A DNA stretch of 64,000 nt from Lama guanicoe. Lineage: Eukaryota. Each line of letters begins with the position of its first letter. Positions within the stretch are counted from its first letter, which is position 1. Shown one piece after another: positions 24,141 to 35,941 of the stretch. The position numbers were made by a program, and so were the translations under genes. The notes under the pieces were generated by a model that worked only from the letters and a program-made list of their open reading frames with translations, was not told where the DNA came from and did not search any database. The DNA is taken from positions 8,189,412-8,253,411 of the forward strand of contig MU054212.1 of the NCBI GenBank assembly GCA_013239625.1, in the 5' to 3' direction.

Positions 24141-25049
24141 ATCATATCATGTTGCTTCTCTCAAGTATCATGGATATGGTCTTGTTTTATGTTCTTATCT
24201 CCTGCCCACACTGCACTCAGCCACGGTAAACGCTCACAAACCAAATTCAAATTGCATCGTGAACAGGGGGTATAAAAGGTCCTCCAGGGTTGTAAAGGCT
24301 TGAAGCAGAGTACATGCTGTTCTATCTGAATGGCATTTACTTTTTTAAATAGCAATAATTTTTGAAAGTTCAGAAACATCCCCATTCATCCTTGCATCCT
24401 TGCTCTTGGGTGAGAGTCATTATATTCTATAAACGTTGACCAACACGGGAAACGTTAAGCCCCTTGTCCCAGGTCTCCTCTCAGCTCCGAAGCAAAAATG
24501 TGTATCGAGCCCAGAAAAATGAGCCTTAGATTTGTGGGATTACGGATCTCTGATTTCTGAATCCTTCAATTCAGATAATTCTCTCTGTAGATGTGATAAC
24601 ATGGCCTTTCTTGACCTCTCAGCCTCACAGTAAAGCTTGCCCGGCCTCAAAAGGCAGTGACTTAGCATTTATTTCAGTTTCCATAAGCAGAATAGCACAA
24701 ATCATGTGTGAGCCCATTTTTCTCTATTATTGGTGCCTTTCTTTGTCCCTTGGTATGTTGGGCAGGAACAGAAGATAGTTTTGACCTGAAGAATTTTCTA
24801 GACTCCCTTTGAATTGAGTGAATGGAACTGTTGGCCAGTTGTCTTGTTCTGTCACTGTTTCCCCACTGCGTGACACGTGGACGGTCTTAGTGTTTGCTGA
24901 GTTGATTTTAAATTGAATCACCGAGGTGTCCATCTGGATCAAGGAAAATGCAGTATGTAAGTCAGCACACGGCTGTTCTGGACGTTTTCTTCAGTCACGT
25001 CTGTCACTTGAGAAACCCCTTGCGCTGTAGCTTAGAAAATAGCATAGTG

Positions 25050-25138
25050 CTTGGAACTTTCTGGAATTTTTTTTCCCAAGTATTTTCAGTCCACAATTGG
25101 TTGAATCCATGGATGCAGAATGTGAAGAGCTCACTGTA
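25050..25138. mobile_element. MER2/Tigger-like DNA transposon terminal fragment
   Basis: tttctggaattttttttcccaagtattttcagtccacaattggttgaatccatggatgcagaa...cactgta resembles the MER2 end. Confidence 0.6.
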
Positions 25139-25289
25139 CTTAACATGGGTATTCCTAAATAAAGAACATAATTCAAAACGCCTTTAAAAAAAATAGCACA
25201 GCGCATTACACAGTAGCTCAGAGAACACTTCTTAAACCACGGTTCCTGCCTGTTGGATTCCTTGCCCTTCCCGTGAAGGCTTTACTTGA

Positions 25290-25600
25290 ATTCTCATTCA
25301 TTCAGTCTTTCAACAAATACTTGTTAAGGCACTGTAAGAGGTTCTGGAGATACACCGTGATCCAGGGGAGTTACAGCCTGGTGGGGAAACCTGGCACTAC
25401 ATAGACAGTAAGGTTAAAATCGGGTGAGTGCAGTCAGGGCGTGTAGGAAGATCACTTGAGCTGGCCTGTGTGTTCTAGAAGGGCTTCTTGGAAAAGGGGA
25501 GGTTGGACTAAGATTTTAATGAATAAGTAGAAGGTAGCCAGGTGAAGTGTCTGGAAGAGGGTTTTGCAGGTGGAAAGAACAGGATGTTGAAGTCAAGGGA
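25290..25600 (-). mobile_element. L2 LINE 3' end (continues ~26330-26500 after the LTR)
   Basis: tcattcattcagtctttcaacaaatacttgtt is the inverted L2 terminus. Confidence 0.7.
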
Positions 25601-25702
25601 GACGGTGCTCTGCTCACTGAAGTGCGTGTTGTTCTGTGCGGACGTCGAGATGTGAGGTGCACAAGCGAGCCAGGGCCCTTGTTTCATGGGTTAAGAATGG
25701 TG

Positions 25703-26231
25703 GTATTCGTGTTCTGTTGCTGCAAGACAGCTCCTACAAACTTAGCAGCCTAAAGCAACACACGTGTATTGTGTCACAGCTTCTAAAGTCCAGGCACAGT
25801 TTAGCCGTGTTATCTGGTTTAGCGTCTCACCAGGCTGCAGTCCGGGTATGTGCTGGGGCTGTGGTCTAATCAGAGGCTCAACTGGGGAAAACTCCCTTGT
25901 GTTGTTGGCAGCTTCCTCCAGGCTGCAGGACTGAGGCTCTCAGTTCCCAGAGGCCACCTGCAGTTTCTTGCCAAGTGGGTTTCTCCAACATGGGGGCTTG
26001 CGATGGCAGTTTACTTCTTCAAGGCCAGTAGGGGGAGCCTCTCTAGTGTGTCCACCAGCAAAATGAATCATATGTAGAGCCCCATGGGATTCTATATCAT
26101 GGGCGTGACATCCCATCACCTTCACTCTTGGTTAGAAGCAAATCACAGATCCCATCCACCCTCTAGGGGAGAGGACCACACACAGGTGGGAACACCAGGA
26201 GGTGAAGATCAAATTAAGTTCTATACTCACA
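25703..26231 (-). mobile_element. MaLR solo LTR (MLT1F-like)
   Basis: ctgttgctgc...aaacttagcagcctaaagcaacacac...tctcaccaggctgcagtc...ttggttagaagcaaatcacag are typical MLT1F blocks. Confidence 0.75.
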
Positions 26232-27739
26232 GAGGCTTACACTTTATTATGGGGACTTTGGAGAGTCACTGAAAGGTTCCAGGTACAACAGATAAGAAGC
26301 TGTTGCCGCCAACCATGTAGGAGAGGAGGGTGGCCTGAACAAAGGTCATGGCCACGTGGGTTATAGAGACTTTCAGGAGGTTTAATCAACAAAACGTGAT
26401 GGTGATGGGATATGAGACATAAAGGAGAGGGGAAGCCAAGGATAAATGATGCACAAGTCTCTGGCTTGGTCATTGGTTGGTGGAAGAAGGAAACCTAGAG
26501 TGGGAGCCCCCTGGAGTAAGGAAAGTGGGTGACTCCAGTGGGGCTCGGCTCTGGTTCTCACCTCCCTGAGCTCCAGCTGCTCCGTGGCCTCAGACGATGT
26601 CTCCCTTTGCAGGGGGGTCTGGGTAAGATGGTGTTAATGGAGCACAGCAGACTTCCCACCACCGGAACGATGACCTGAGACACTTGGTCTTGCCAGGGGA
26701 GTCAGTAGGACCCTGACTGAACATCGTGAAGGAATTAAGTAGTTATATTCCCCCAAAATAGCCGTCTTAGTTTGTAAGCTTTTTGCCTAAAGGACCGCTG
26801 TGTGCCAGGGGTGCGTGACAGCGTGATGCTGTTGTCATGGTGATGCCTGTGTGTCTTCATTCTCAGTGGGCTGGCTCTGTTTTGGGGGCTCTTTCAACCA
26901 CCAGCTTTCCTTCTTGCTGCAGTAAACAGGCAAAAGGAGTGTTTCCCTAAATTATTGTTGGGGTTCTGGTGTGCACTGTTTTCATGGGAGTGAGGGAGCC
27001 CTCACCATTTCTAGAGAGAAATCAGTCTGAGAACAATTTGAAAACAAGAATTTGAACTAAGAGAGTGATGGGTTGGCACCGAATGTGTTTCTGAGCACAC
27101 TTAATTTCCTACCAGGATGTGGAAGGCGTGAAAAGTCCGCTTATTGAAAGAAATATATACCACATTCAAATCACTCCTGGAAAGTTGGAATTTTTAATAT
27201 TTGAGCCATTTCAAGATGAAGAGTTCTTTCTGGCATTTTTTTTTCCCCTATGAAAAATTCTCTGAAACTAGAGTGACTCAAGCAGCGCCTGGAAAATACT
27301 GGAGAATCACATGATGGCTAAAAATAAGCACATCTTCTCCAGCAGGGACAGTAACCGGGGCAGAAGTAACTCGGTTCGTGAATGCTCGCGCTGGCCGTGC
27401 GCACTGGAGGCAGGCCCACTGGCCCATCTCGGCTGTGTGACCGCTGGTCAGGGACGGCGCTGTGGCTCTGGGCCCTGGCCTTCGGCGCTGCTCCCTGGCG
27501 GGCTCTCCCCGGACGGAGCCAGCCATCACCCTGTGATGACCCTGAGCAGTGGGCTGGGAGGGACCCCGCTGACTCACAGCGCTTGTCACTGCCTGCTTCT
27601 CCTTCCGCCCGCCCCTTGGAAGCAACAGCAGATGCAGTTGATCCCACAACGTCTTCTAGTTGCTGTTAATGAGGCCAAACCTAAGTTGTGATAAAGGGCC
27701 GGACATTTGATGCCTTCAACTGGCCGATCTGCATCTGCA

Positions 27740-28690
27740 CCGCCCCTCCGCCCCTCCTGCAGTCTGTTCTCTACGCAGCAGGCAGAGTGAGCCTCCTAAA
27801 ATCAAAATCAGATCACGTCACTGTCACTCCTCTGTTCAAGACCGCGCTGTGGCTGCCCTTTGCCCTCAGTGAAGGCCGACCCCCTGGCAGTCGCCTGCGA
27901 GGTCCTTCGTGACCTGCCCCCTCCGGTACCGCTCAGACCTCCTCCCCTCCTGCAGCGCCTGGGCTCCCCTTGGCCCAGCACCTGGCCTGGCTGCTGTGCA
28001 GGTAGGGCAGGGCCTTTGCACCTGCGCTGGGCCTCTCCTCTGCCTGGAGTGTTCTGCTCCTGGCTGTCTGCAAGGCCAGCTTCACCTCTCTCAAGTCTTT
28101 GCTCAAATCTGGCTATCCCTAAGAGGCTTGGAAGAAGTCAGGGTGACTCCTGCAACTGGCACGTCCCTTGCAGGGATCCCAGAAGGTGCAACTGTGGAGC
28201 TGTGACAAGATGCCGGCTTCTGTGAGGAGGGAGCCCCACCCGTGCCTGACGTGGATCTCAGCCACTTGCGTCCTTGCTGGGCTGCTGCGGGACTGCCACC
28301 AAGGGCACTGGATGTTTTTGAACCCAGTCCTTCTGGGTGGACTCGTGAAAGTCCGATGGGTCTGAGCCAGGGGTTGAGACTGGAGAGGATCATGATGGAT
28401 GCTCGGGCCTTCCCTGAAGTTTCTTTCAAACTGCCAGTCACCCGCCGCTCCCCGGCACTCCTTCCCCCAGCCCTGCTCTCTGTCTCTCTCTCCCATAGCA
28501 CGCACTTTCTAGTTCATTGTGTCACTTGCTAATTTATTAACGTTACCGTTTATCTGATTTCAGTTAAACATAAATGCCACAAAGAGCGGCATCTTTTGTG
28601 TTTCATTCATTGTTTTATCCCAACTGCCTGCAGCTTGCCAGGTTCACAGTAGGGGTTCAGTAAATATTCACTGCAGGAGTGTGTGAATCA
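27740..28690 (+). mobile_element. L2 3' region, interrupted at ~28130-28404
   Basis: aaaatcagatcacgtcactgtcactcctctgttcaagacc, cagggcctttgcacctgc, and terminus cacagtaggggttcagtaaatattc. Confidence 0.75.
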
Positions 28691-29864
28691 GGGTAATTTC
28701 AGAAGGCACAGGGAGACTTGAGCTACAGTAGGCTGGTTTTCAAGACAGCGCAAGGAATGGAGGGCCCGATGCCTGGGAGCCCACTGGTGGGTTATGGGGT
28801 TAACCCAGTTTTGAAGATTTTCTTTAAATAAATGAGTCTCAATTTATTATTATTTCAGCAGTTTGGTTTCTGTTTTGCTAGTGCCTACAAATGGGAGACC
28901 TGTGTGCTCCCTCATCGTTAGCTGACTCAGACCTCGTTTGCTGAGTGATCAGAGTGTACACTTACGTATGGTGTGCCAGGCTCTTGTGTAGGAACCTTCC
29001 ATGTATTAACTCGTGCATCCTTCCCAGCCCTGCAGCAGGCACTGTAGGACATGGAGACACCCAGGTGCAGAGGAAGTCCCCCTACTCAGCAGGAGCAGAG
29101 CCAGGGTTCCTGCGCAGGCTGCCTGCTGGCAGGGCCCCTCTGCGAGCCACTGCCTCCCTGGGAAGATGAAGGACACCCAGTTTCATCCCGGCTCTTCATT
29201 CCCACAAGATGAATGTGGATCCTGCTGGGCGGTGTGGAGCCCCACCCCAAGCTGCTCAAAAGAGGAGCCGCCCACTTTATAAGTGGGCACTGAAGCAGCA
29301 AAAAGAAAGAGCCTGATTTTGCCACTGGCTGCACTGGTGGGACAGAAGCCATAAGGGCTCCGAACTACTAATTTGGGATTAAAGGACCAACCTCTTCATG
29401 ATCTCACGAATCAGGGCATCCCAGAACCCCTGTTAGAGCTCCATTTGGACAGAATGCTGGTCGCTGAGGTGCTCTGTTTTGCCCTCAGGGCAGAGCAGAT
29501 TACAGAATCTACAAAGGGGAGGTACGGAGGCATTTTTGAAGGAAAGTGTTAGACCTTGAATTTGCAGTGATCATCAGTCGTGTAGAAGCCGTGAGTCATC
29601 CCTCTTGTGTGACAGCTCTGCTGTCTGCTTAGTCACTTAGGAAACCCTCTTCCTGCGGGAATTCTCTCTTTTCAGCAGTCTAGCCCCAGCAGTGGCCTAA
29701 TTTACTTATTTATTTTAACCAAGTTCATTATCTCAGTTAAAAAATAAAATCTCTTTGCCAAAGCAGAGGGGATAAGGAAGTGATGTCAGGTCCATCCACA
29801 AATGATTTATCAGTGGAGGTACAAGGTAGCTTCTGCCAGGTTTCAGCTCTTTTGTGGAGTTTGG

Positions 29865-30380
29865 TTTCATTTTTATTGAGATATAACTGACATGTTAGTT
29901 TCAGGTGTCCAACATAATGGTTCGATGTTTGTATATATTGTGAAATGATCATTACAAGTCTAGTTAACATCCATCCCCACACCTAGTTACAAGTTTTTTT
30001 TCTTGTGATGAGAATGTTCAAACGCTACTCTTTCTCTTTTTTTTTTATTTGTTTTTTATTGAAGTATAGTTGACTTACAGTATAAGATTCAGGTGTACAG
30101 CAAAGCAATTCAGTTATACATGTCTATACATTTTTTTCAGATTCTTTTCCATTATATGTTATTAGAAGAAATTGAATATAGTTCCCTGTGCTGTACAGTA
30201 GGTCCTTGTTGTTTATCTACTTTATATACAGTAGTGTGTGTCTGTTAATCCCAAACTCCTAACTCAAATTGGCAATACAATATTATTAACTATAGTCACT
30301 ATGCTGTACATTACATCCCCGGGACTTCTTTGTAACTGGAAGCCTGTACCTGTTGGCCCCCTTCATCCATTTCATATACA
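29865..30380 (-). mobile_element. Older L1 3' end interrupted by a younger L1 3' tail (~30035-30262)
   Basis: tttttattgagatataactgacat...; inner ttttattgaagtatagttgacttaca...ctgttaatcccaaactcctaa; the outer copy resumes tattaactatagtcactatgctgtacattacatcccc. Confidence 0.8.
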
Positions 30381-30508
30381 CCCCCCCAGCCCCCGTGGGG
30401 TTTTTAATTGAGTGAGAAGGACGGTGGGGGGCGGGGGCGGTAGTGGAAGGAACATGCTCTCAAAGTAGGGAGGAAGATGGGGATGACCAGAGTGTGGCTG
30501 CTTCCTGA

Positions 30509-30536
30509 GTGTGTGTGTGTGTGTGTGTGTGTGTGT
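30509..30536. repeat. (GT)14 microsatellite
   Basis: Read directly. Confidence 0.95.
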
Positions 30537-33249
30537 TTAATGTCACTGTGGTTCTTGTCAACAGTATTAATGTTATATTTTTAGCTCCTCTGTTTATGAT
30601 TTTGGCAGGAAGAATACAGCAGATTATGGGAGAAGAATTTCTAAATTCCATCAGAGCCCCAACCATGAAGTTTATAAAGCCAAGTATAAAAAAGGATAAA
30701 GTGTCTTTATTTGCTTCATTGTTATGAATTCATTGGGCCTCATAGGCCCAAAATGTTGTAGCATTTTTCCATAAGCGTTAAGCAACCTACTCATTATTGA
30801 CATTAGACAAAGCAATGCTCTGGCTTCACTAAGGCAGTGAATCAGGCCACTCTTTGTTTTTTACAACTGTGGTTTAAAATGTCTTAGAATCATATTTATA
30901 CTCCAAATCCTAAAGGCATTAATTAAGACACAACAGCTCAAAGGCTAGCATTGTAAATCATGTCCATATCCAATGGGTAAAGTCAGAGAATTACAGGGAC
31001 TTGTATACAATTTATGTGTTTTCCTCTGCTTCTGAAACTCCTTTTATTTTGAAAGGGGAAATTAGGGAGAGAGAGAGAGACGCTTGAGGGAAAAATGATT
31101 CCTGTAAAACAGGGCTACCCCTAATTATGTTTTCAGGACATCATCAAGTGCAGCTTGAGAAAAAAACTGAAATATTTGATAGCTGTGTGAAAAATATCTG
31201 TATCTGTATTACAGCCAGAGTAGCTGTGCTCTCTTTAAAAGCCATTATGTGAATGTTTTTCATGGAAGTATCATCGAGCAGAGAGGTTTGGGAAGGCATG
31301 GAAGTGAAATCACCAGTGGATTTGGGGGCAGCTATTGAGAACCCCAATGTTTAAAGCCAAGATTAGATGCTATCAAGGACATTATTGCTCACTTGACAAA
31401 ACTGGCATAAGAATGTTAGCTTACGTGAAAGTATACTGGTAAGTTTGCTGACGCTGATAATAGTACAATTTTCTGATAATATCCATATTATAGCAGCCCA
31501 GGTGAATGAAAAAAGGATACCAGGCACCCCAGAAGCTGGGCAGACCTTAGGGTGTGGTTTTTTGAAAGAAGGTAGCAAGACTTTTTAAATAAATACACAA
31601 AAACCTAGTCCTTAACTATCTAATGAATGTGATATAATACAAAATATTGTCTACTGTTATTTATTCTAAAAAGCTAAACCATGAAGTAAATCATTTACTA
31701 TAGTGAACAAAACGTTACATTTTCATCTTTATACATTTTAGCATTTTAGGATTCAGTATTTCTCAGTGTGTGCGAATCGCGTGAGAGCCGTAAGGGGTAA
31801 ATTACTTCCATCTCAAATTGCAGCTTCTGAGGCTGTAAAGAGCTCAGTTTACATTCTTTTGAAAATGAGCTTTAATTGTGTGGCTTTTTTAAAACTTCTA
31901 AGCTCTGAAGATACTAAGATCTTCCCTGTTCTTTCATTTCTTAGCATTTATTCATTAGAAGGTAAAATGTGCAGTTGACTGGTGCTGACCGCTCATGTCC
32001 TCATCTGTCAGAGATTTATTTCTCTTTTATCAGTCCCTTTCCAAACAGCTTAATCAGAATTTCAAAACCCTACTGATTTTAAATATCACATACTAATTAC
32101 TTAATTGATCTATTAAATTTTTCAGATTTGTTTTTCATTCTTTGTCCAGCCTGTGAGTGACTGGTGGGGTGGGGTGGGGGTATGTAGAAGCTTTTCTTCA
32201 TCCTCCATGTGGCGAGTACAGGGGATGAAGCGTGGACCAAACCCCTACTTCTCCACCATCCCTGCCCCGCCCAGCAGAGGATGCTGGGTCTGATCCTCCG
32301 TGCCTTCATCCCTCTCATCTCCAAGAGACCCCAGGCTGCGTGCACGTGTGCCGGCATGAGAGACCTGGGGCTCTGCGCCCCGACTGACCTTTACAGCGTC
32401 CGTGAAACGCAGATTTAACTCGGAGACCCTGTGAAGTTGGACCCCGTCAGAAGCAGGGGATGTGTTTCTGCAGGAAAAAGCTGGAACTGGGACAGCATCA
32501 GTAACCGCAGTGGCTCTGGCCTCTCCGCCTTGGGCCACCCAGCCGGCTTCCCCTGCTTTTTTTAGTTTTTCTTCCCTGATAACTTGGTCTTACGTGGGGC
32601 TTGGGCTTGCCCTGACCCCTTCTACTTTACCTTCATGTCAGACATTTCAGTTTTTTTCCCAAGCTGCATTTGTTGATGTCTTGAAAATAGAATCAGTGAG
32701 CCTTGTTTTACAGGCAGTCAGCTTCTGTTCCTCCTGTGTTTTTCTTTTAAACTTTACACAAGACTGGATAAGGCAGAGTACAAGAGCACAGCTGTGTCTG
32801 TCGGACACAGCTCCGTTCTGCGACCAGCCACCTCATAGTTGTCAGCCTGTTTAGGGGGTGCTGCCTGGGGTGGGGAGTCACTTGCTCTCTAGGGAGGCCC
32901 CTTCTGCAGGGCTGTTTCCTTCAGAAGAGGCACGGACGTGACGGTGACCGTGACCGTGGCAGAGGCTTGACAGCCCAGCACAAACCACCCTGCTCCTCAC
33001 TATTCAGAGTTAACCGTTCACTGACTGAATTTACCCACTTGAATTATTGTCTTGATGCTGTCTATAAAGGGCCTAAGTAACAATGGGAGGTGAACCTGAA
33101 ACCAAGTAAGAGATCTCTTTCCGGGAGGCTGGTGGGTTTGGTTCGGTTTCCTTCAGATACTGCTGGTTCTTGCTGTTAGCATCAGCTCCTCGAGCTTTCC
33201 CTGGGATCTTTACCCTAGAAAGATGCCTCTCCTAGGAGTTCTCTCCTGA

Positions 33250-33530
33250 GTTATAAAACCTTACTGTTGAGTGTCTCCTCTGGATCAGGCATTGTGATTG
33301 GCCTTGGGAACATAAAATGGCAAACAAATCAGATACAGCTCCTGCCTCGTCAGAGTTTAAATCTTAAGGGAGAAGTCGGCACTAAATAAATAACTGTGCC
33401 AATCCAATGGATGGGTGCTGTGAGGAAGGCGCTTGGGTGCTTTGGCCTCCCTGAGCAGCCACGTTTAAGCTGAGACCTGAAGGATGTTAGACGTAGTCAC
33501 TCAGAGGAGGAGAGGAGGCGTTTCCGGCAG
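33250..33530 (-). mobile_element. L2 fragment
   Basis: tactgttgagtgtctcctctggatcaggcattgtg and tttaagctgagacctgaagga. Confidence 0.6.
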
Positions 33531-33718
33531 AGAGAATACAGCCCAGATTGCACTCCCTGGTCATGTAGTCTGGAACACTGCCGTGTTCCTCAGTGCTGAG
33601 TGTGGCCATGGCCGGGCTTTTTATATATATGTGTGTGTGTGTGTATTTACACATTCATTTGCTTTATTTTTTCAATTTCATACATAACAGTATTTGTCTT
33701 CCGTCTGTGGGCATTCTT

Positions 33719-33876
33719 TTTTTTTTCTTTTTTCTTTTTTTTTTATCATTTTTTTTTTATTTTTAATTATTTTACATTGTTGTTTTATATTCCATTGTAG
33801 ATAAGCACAATTTTTCAGTTATACATGAACATGCATATATTCATTGTCACATTTTTTTTCTCTGTGAGCTGCCATA
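33719..33876 (-). mobile_element. Young camelid-type L1 3' end, 158 bp, perfect 13-bp TSD
   Basis: Long T-rich tail then gcacaatttttcagttatacatgaacatgcatatattcattgtcacattttttttctctgtgag. TSD TGTGGGCATTCTT at 33706-33718 and 33877-33889. Confidence 0.85.
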
Positions 33877-34719
33877 TGTGGGCATTCTTAAATGACTCAC
33901 TCCCACGATCGTGAGCTCCTGCAGAGCAGGGACGTCCAGGTCGAGGCTCCTACTCAGTAAATAAGAGGAGCTGGTCCTAGACAGTCTTTGAGCCGCTTTC
34001 TGTTAGACTTTGTTTATATTAACATGGGACATATTGCTCACGCAAAGGTCTGAAGTCACTTGAGTTTTCAAAAGCTGCTTCCCCAAGGAGGCCAGGTGCC
34101 ATGGTGGCCGCCGTGGGGAAGGCTCTTTGCCAGGTCAGCACGTCCTCGCCCGGCCTCCCCTGCACATCTCCACGTTGTGCTCTTCACCCTGTTGGGCTCG
34201 TCCTGGAGTCAGAGGGCCCGGCCAGCGGGGCACGGACGCAGTGTCCACGAGGGGTTTGTCCGGGCTTCTGCAGAGATGAGGGATCCTGATCAACTGTAAG
34301 CTTGGAAATAAACTGTAAAAGCAGAAACCCTGTAACCAGGTTTTATTTGTTCATGGGTTTATTGAAACATTTGTTCCTTCACCAGTTACACGTTCAGCCA
34401 AGTCGTGTGCTGAGCGCTGAGGTCACACAGCTGAGTGTGACGAGGCCTCTGCCCTCCAGGAGCCTGCTAGAGGGGTGGGGCGGGGGGGGGTTGTGGAGGA
34501 CCGGGCCAGTGGGAGCACCTGCACCAGATGGAGCTGTTCAGAGCACGAGTGCCTGGGCCCCAGAAATGCCCCTGAATGTCTAAATGCATGAAGTGTGTAA
34601 ACTTCATTGCATGGGCCTTGTGGCTTCTGTTCTGGCTGCAGAGGCCGTTCCCTATGTCTGTATCAAGCTCTAGAGAGAGAGCCCGTCCCGAGCTGAGCTC
34701 CAGGCAGGTGAGTTCATAT

Positions 34720-35400
34720 CCGACATCAGTGTTTGTTTGTTTTTGCCGATTTCTAGCGTTATTAGGGATGCTGTTGAATAACTTGGTTAAATCCCCAGAC
34801 TTCCCTGTTGTGAAAGCATATCTCTTTCCCTTTATAAGTGATTTATAGGGTAGTATCCTGATACGTGTGAATATCTTTTTCCTCAAGAACCTCTCAGTGT
34901 TTTAGTCAATGGATGAACTTTCCTGAATCAGTTACGTGTGTTGCAACAGTGTGACTTTTCTAGTTGTAGCATTTCTTGGGCATTTACTAGCTGTCAGTGT
35001 TCCGTAAAGATTTTTAGATCCTGCCTCTCCCCTGCCCATCATCATGAACTAGCTTTGCATTTATTCAGTGCCTTGTAATGCATTACAGCCGTTAGTCTTT
35101 ATGCTATGCAACCAGTCCAAGTGTGGCCGGTTGGGAGCCCCTTCAGGCTGGCCTCTGTGTCCTTTGACATGAATCCTTGAGCACATTCTCCCAGGCCCAC
35201 CTTGTCCTTTCCCTGCCCCACCCCTGCGATCAGCCAGATCTCAAGAAGCCCTTTTACTGCAGAATAACATTGAGAAACTAGGACTTGGGCACCAGGAGTG
35301 CCTGTTGTTACAGAGATGTCACGGCTCCTAGACTCTTTCAGTGGCTAAAACTAGGAAATGCATTAAAAGAGAGGGAAAAAAAGACATTTGTATTGGTACT
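34720..35400 (-). mobile_element. L1MC4/5-like 3' relic
   Basis: gggagccccttcaggctggcctctgtgtcctttgacatg...ctttccctgcccc...ctttcagtggctaaaactaggaaat match the L1MC 3'UTR. Confidence 0.65.
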
Positions 35401-35801
35401 TCTCCTGAAGTGTTAGTCTGTTATAACGTCTTGGTTAGAAATTCAATTACGGTGATGCTCTGAGCTCATCATAGAACCTTAACTCTTAAAGAAAACTTAA
35501 AATCCCTTTGTATCTGTTACTCTCATCTCTCCAGAGGGAGAAAGGACAACTGCATTAATCTCATGTTACTTGAGGGGGGAAAAACCGTGCTCAGAAAGTT
35601 CAGTAAGTCGTCCAAGATGATGCTATCGTTTTGTTGAGCGCAGTCTTTCTAAGTGTATTTGTGGTACTTCTGTGATGGGAGGGGGTTGCTGGCAGTATCT
35701 CTTCTGTGTTTTAGTAAATTCCTTTTCTCTATCATTTGCTATATACCTAAAAAGTGCTTTTAACGTTGCCAATCTTCATGATTTATTCTGGTTGCTTTCA
35801 G

Positions 35802-35941
35802 GTGCAGCCAGATCCAGTCCAGCATCTAAACCAGGATCCACACCTTCTCGTCCCTCATCAGCCAAAAGGGCTTCGTCCAGCGGCTCAGCATCCAAATCTG
35901 ATAAAGATTTAGAAACGCAGGTCATACAGCTTAACGAACAG
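35802..35941 (+). CDS. MAPRE2: MAPRE2 coding exon, 140 nt, Ser/Pro-rich linker and start of coiled coil
   Basis: gctttcag|GT GCA GCC...; (G)AARSSPASKPGSTPSRPSSAKRASSSGSASKSDKDLETQVIQLNEQ; donor CAG|gtaacc. Phase 1 matches the previous exon. Confidence 0.97.
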
